A program made the translations under genes and the position numbers. A DNA stretch of 64,000 nucleotides from Bacteroidota bacterium (GTDB lineage: Bacteria; Bacteroidota; Bacteroidia; Flavobacteriales; BACL11). Below the pieces are notes generated by a model. That model ran no database searches and was not told the origin of the DNA. It worked only from the letters and a program-made list of their open reading frames with translations. Positions 61,744 to 64,000 of this stretch are shown piece by piece. The stretch spans positions 68,690-132,689 of the forward strand of contig JAYYZX010000006.1 in the NCBI GenBank assembly GCA_036339955.1. The letters are read 5' to 3'. The stretch's first letter is position 1. Each line of letters starts with the position of its first letter.

Positions 61744-62733
61744 ATGAAAAAAATAACTGCCATAATTAGTGGAATTTCGGGTTATGTCCCTGATTACATA
61801 CTAACAAATAAAGAGCTTGAAAAATATGTAGAAACAAATGATGAATGGATTACAACTCGTACAGGAATAAAAGAAAGAAGAATTCTAAAAGGAAATGGAT
61901 TAGGAACTTCAGATCTAGGTGTTGGAGCAGTTAATAAATTACTTAAAAAAACATCGACCTCAGTAGATGAAATTGATTTAATCATATGTGCTACAGCAAC
62001 TCCAGATATGATTTTTCCTTCTACAGCATGCATAATTGCAGATAAAATTGGTGCTAAAAATGCATGTGCATATGATCTAATGGCAGCATGTTCTGGATTC
62101 TTATATGCTCTAGCTACAGCTTCAAAATTTATTGAATCGGGATCGCATAAAAAAATATTAGTGATTGGAGCAGATAAAATGTCTTCTGTTATTGATTATG
62201 AAGATAGAACTACTTGTATAATTTTTGGAGATGGAGCAGGAGCGGTATTGCTGGAACCTAATTCAGAAGGACTGGGTATTCAAGATTCAATTTTAAAAAG
62301 TGATGGAGCAGGAAGAGAATTCTTGCATATTAAAGCAGGAGGCTCAGTAAAACCTGTAAGTAATGAAACACTAACTAAAAAAGAGCATTTTGTTTTCCAA
62401 GATGGTCAACCAGTATTTAAATCTGCAGTTAAAAATATGGCTGATGTTTCAGAAGAAATTATGAAAAGGAATAATCTATCAGCAGATGATATAGCATGGT
62501 TAGTCCCTCATCAAGCAAATAAACGAATAATCGATGCAACTGCAAATAGGATGGGTCTTGGTCAAGAAAAAGTAATGTTGAATATTGAAAAATATGGGAA
62601 TACTACAAATGGGACTATACCTCTTTGCTTATGGGAATGGGAAAAAAAATTAAATAAAGGTGATAATTTAATCTTATCTGCATTTGGAGGTGGATTTACA
62701 TGGGGATCTATTTATTTAAAATGGGCTTATTAG
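61744..62733 (+). CDS. fabH: Beta-ketoacyl-ACP synthase III
   Basis: RTGIKERR, AACSGF, FGDGAGA, PHQAN, GNT, FGGGFTWG. Confidence 0.96.
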   Translation: MKKITAIISGISGYVPDYILTNKELEKYVETNDEWITTRTGIKERRILKGNGLGTSDLGVGAVNKLLKKTSTSVDEIDLIICATATPDMIFPSTACIIADKIGAKNACAYDLMAACSGFLYALATASKFIESGSHKKILVIGADKMSSVIDYEDRTTCIIFGDGAGAVLLEPNSEGLGIQDSILKSDGAGREFLHIKAGGSVKPVSNETLTKKEHFVFQDGQPVFKSAVKNMADVSEEIMKRNNLSADDIAWLVPHQANKRIIDATANRMGLGQEKVMLNIEKYGNTTNGTIPLCLWEWEKKLNKGDNLILSAFGGGFTWGSIYLKWAY

Positions 62734-62744
62734 CATACATTAAG

Positions 62745-62837
62745 TGCATTTTTTATCAATTTTAGTGCAAAAAAATGTGTTTTTGTATCATTTTAGTGCA
62801 AAAAAATGCATTTTTATATCATTTCAATAAAATAAAT
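62745..62837. repeat. Three imperfect 31-bp direct repeats between fabH and accB
   Basis: tgcattttttatcaattttagtgcaaaaaaa / tgtgtttttgtatcattttagtgcaaaaaaa / tgcatttttatatcatttcaataaaataaat. Confidence 0.75.
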
Positions 62838-62867
62838 GAGTAATTTCGGCAATAAATTAGATTTGCA

Positions 62868-63389
62868 ATGGACTTAAAAGATATTCAAGAATTAATAAAA
62901 TTTGTCGCTAAATCTGGAGCAACGGAAGTAGATTTAGAAATTGACAATGTTAAAATTTCTATTAAATCCCCACCTAAAAAAAGGCGGGGAGAAAAGGATG
63001 AGTCAATTATTCCGGCGATCATTCAGCAAAACCCTGAAATGACAACCCCTGCCGTCGCTATAACTTCAGAAGTTGCTTCAGATTCGGGAAAAACTGAACC
63101 TTCGGCACAAGATTCTTCTGAAACAAAAATAGAAGATCCCAAATCAAATTATATGACAATTAAATCATCAATGATAGGGACTTTTTATCGTTCTGCATCT
63201 CCAGAAAAACCTCCTTTTATAAATGTAGGTGACGACATAAAACCAGGAGATACAATATGTATTATAGAAGCTATGAAATTATTTAATGAAATAGAAAGTG
63301 ATGTTTCTGGCAAAATTATAAAAGTACTAGTAGATGACGCAACGCCCATTGAGTTTGACCAACCCCTTTTCTTAATAGATCCTTCATAA
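62868..63389 (+). CDS. accB: Acetyl-CoA carboxylase biotin carboxyl carrier protein
   Basis: [17 protein letters not shown] biotinylation motif. Confidence 0.97.
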   Translation: MDLKDIQELIKFVAKSGATEVDLEIDNVKISIKSPPKKRRGEKDESIIPAIIQQNPEMTTPAVAITSEVASDSGKTEPSAQDSSETKIEDPKSNYMTIKSSMIGTFYRSASPEKPPFINVGDDIKPGDTICIIEAMKLFNEIESDVSGKIIKVLVDDATPIEFDQPLFLIDPS

Positions 63390-63403
63390 ATTTATTTAAT
63401 AAT

Positions 63404-64000
63404 ATGTTTAAGAAAATCCTTATAGCTAACAGAGGTGAAATAGCACTAAGAATTATCCGTACTTGTAAAGAAATGGGGATTAAAACTGTAGCTGTATATT
63501 CTTTAGCAGATATAGATAGTCTACATGTGAGATTTGCTGATGAAGCTGTATGTATTGGTCCAGCAGCAAGTATTGATTCATATCTAAATATTCCTAATAT
63601 TATTGCTGCGGCAGAAATAACAAATTCTGATGCAATACACCCTGGTTATGGATTTTTAGCAGAAAATGCTAGTTTTTCTAAAATATGTCAAGAAAATAAA
63701 GTTAAATTTATTGGGGCTAGCCCAGAAATGATTAATAAAATGGGGAATAAAGCTTCTGCGAAACAGACTATGAAAAAAGCAGGAGTCCCGACCATTCCTG
63801 GTTCAAAAGGTATAATAAAAACTTTTGATGCATGTACTAAATTTGTGCAAAAAATAGGATATCCTGTTATGTTAAAAGCAACTGCTGGGGGTGGAGGAAA
63901 AGGAATGCGAATAATCTATAAAGAAGAAGAGTTAGAAAATGCTTGGGATAGTGCTCGCCAAGAAGCAAAAGCAAGTTTTGGCAATGATAGTATGTATATT
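63404..64000 (+). CDS. accC: Biotin carboxylase, partial (runs off window end)
   Basis: Manual translation [41 protein letters not shown]. Confidence 0.96.
   Translation, partial: MFKKILIANRGEIALRIIRTCKEMGIKTVAVYSLADIDSLHVRFADEAVCIGPAASIDSYLNIPNIIAAAEITNSDAIHPGYGFLAENASFSKICQENKVKFIGASPEMINKMGNKASAKQTMKKAGVPTIPGSKGIIKTFDACTKFVQKIGYPVMLKATAGGGGKGMRIIYKEEELENAWDSARQEAKASFGNDSMYI

Noticed and set aside
62745-62837. CRISPR interpretation of the 31-bp repeats
   Set aside because: Repeats are contiguous with no spacers, and there are no cas genes

Overview
AT-rich (roughly 30% GC by eye), very gene-dense chromosomal segment of a Bacteroidota genome. It is most likely a streamlined Flavobacteriales lineage outside the Flavobacteriaceae (inference from plsX, long-form ispG, mqnC and a 4-Cys L32). 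Content is almost entirely housekeeping: the alternative complex III operon (actABCDEF) running into aa3 oxidase coxB/coxA; Fe-S carriers; the pdxJ/CBS/nadK/uppS/bamA/skp/murI cluster; sucAB; rplM-rpsI-rpsB-tsf-pyrH-frr; kbl, gdhA, a TonB receptor, LPS genes, tRNA-Ser(GGA), a T9SS PNGase-F-like protein, ispG, glycosylasparaginase, purT, ribE, mqnC, pepA, pdxA and yceD-rpmF-plsX-fabH-accB-accC. I found no mobile element, CRISPR array, rRNA or clear pseudogene, and no large novel multi-gene system. The best leads are a lipoprotein with a metallothionein-like 8-Cys tail, a PNGase-F-like enzyme with a sequon-dense insertion, and several cis elements (palindromic bidirectional promoter, switch-like rpsB leader, 31-bp phased repeats before accB, probable leaderless mRNAs). 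All calls come from motif recognition and synteny recall; no database searches were run.
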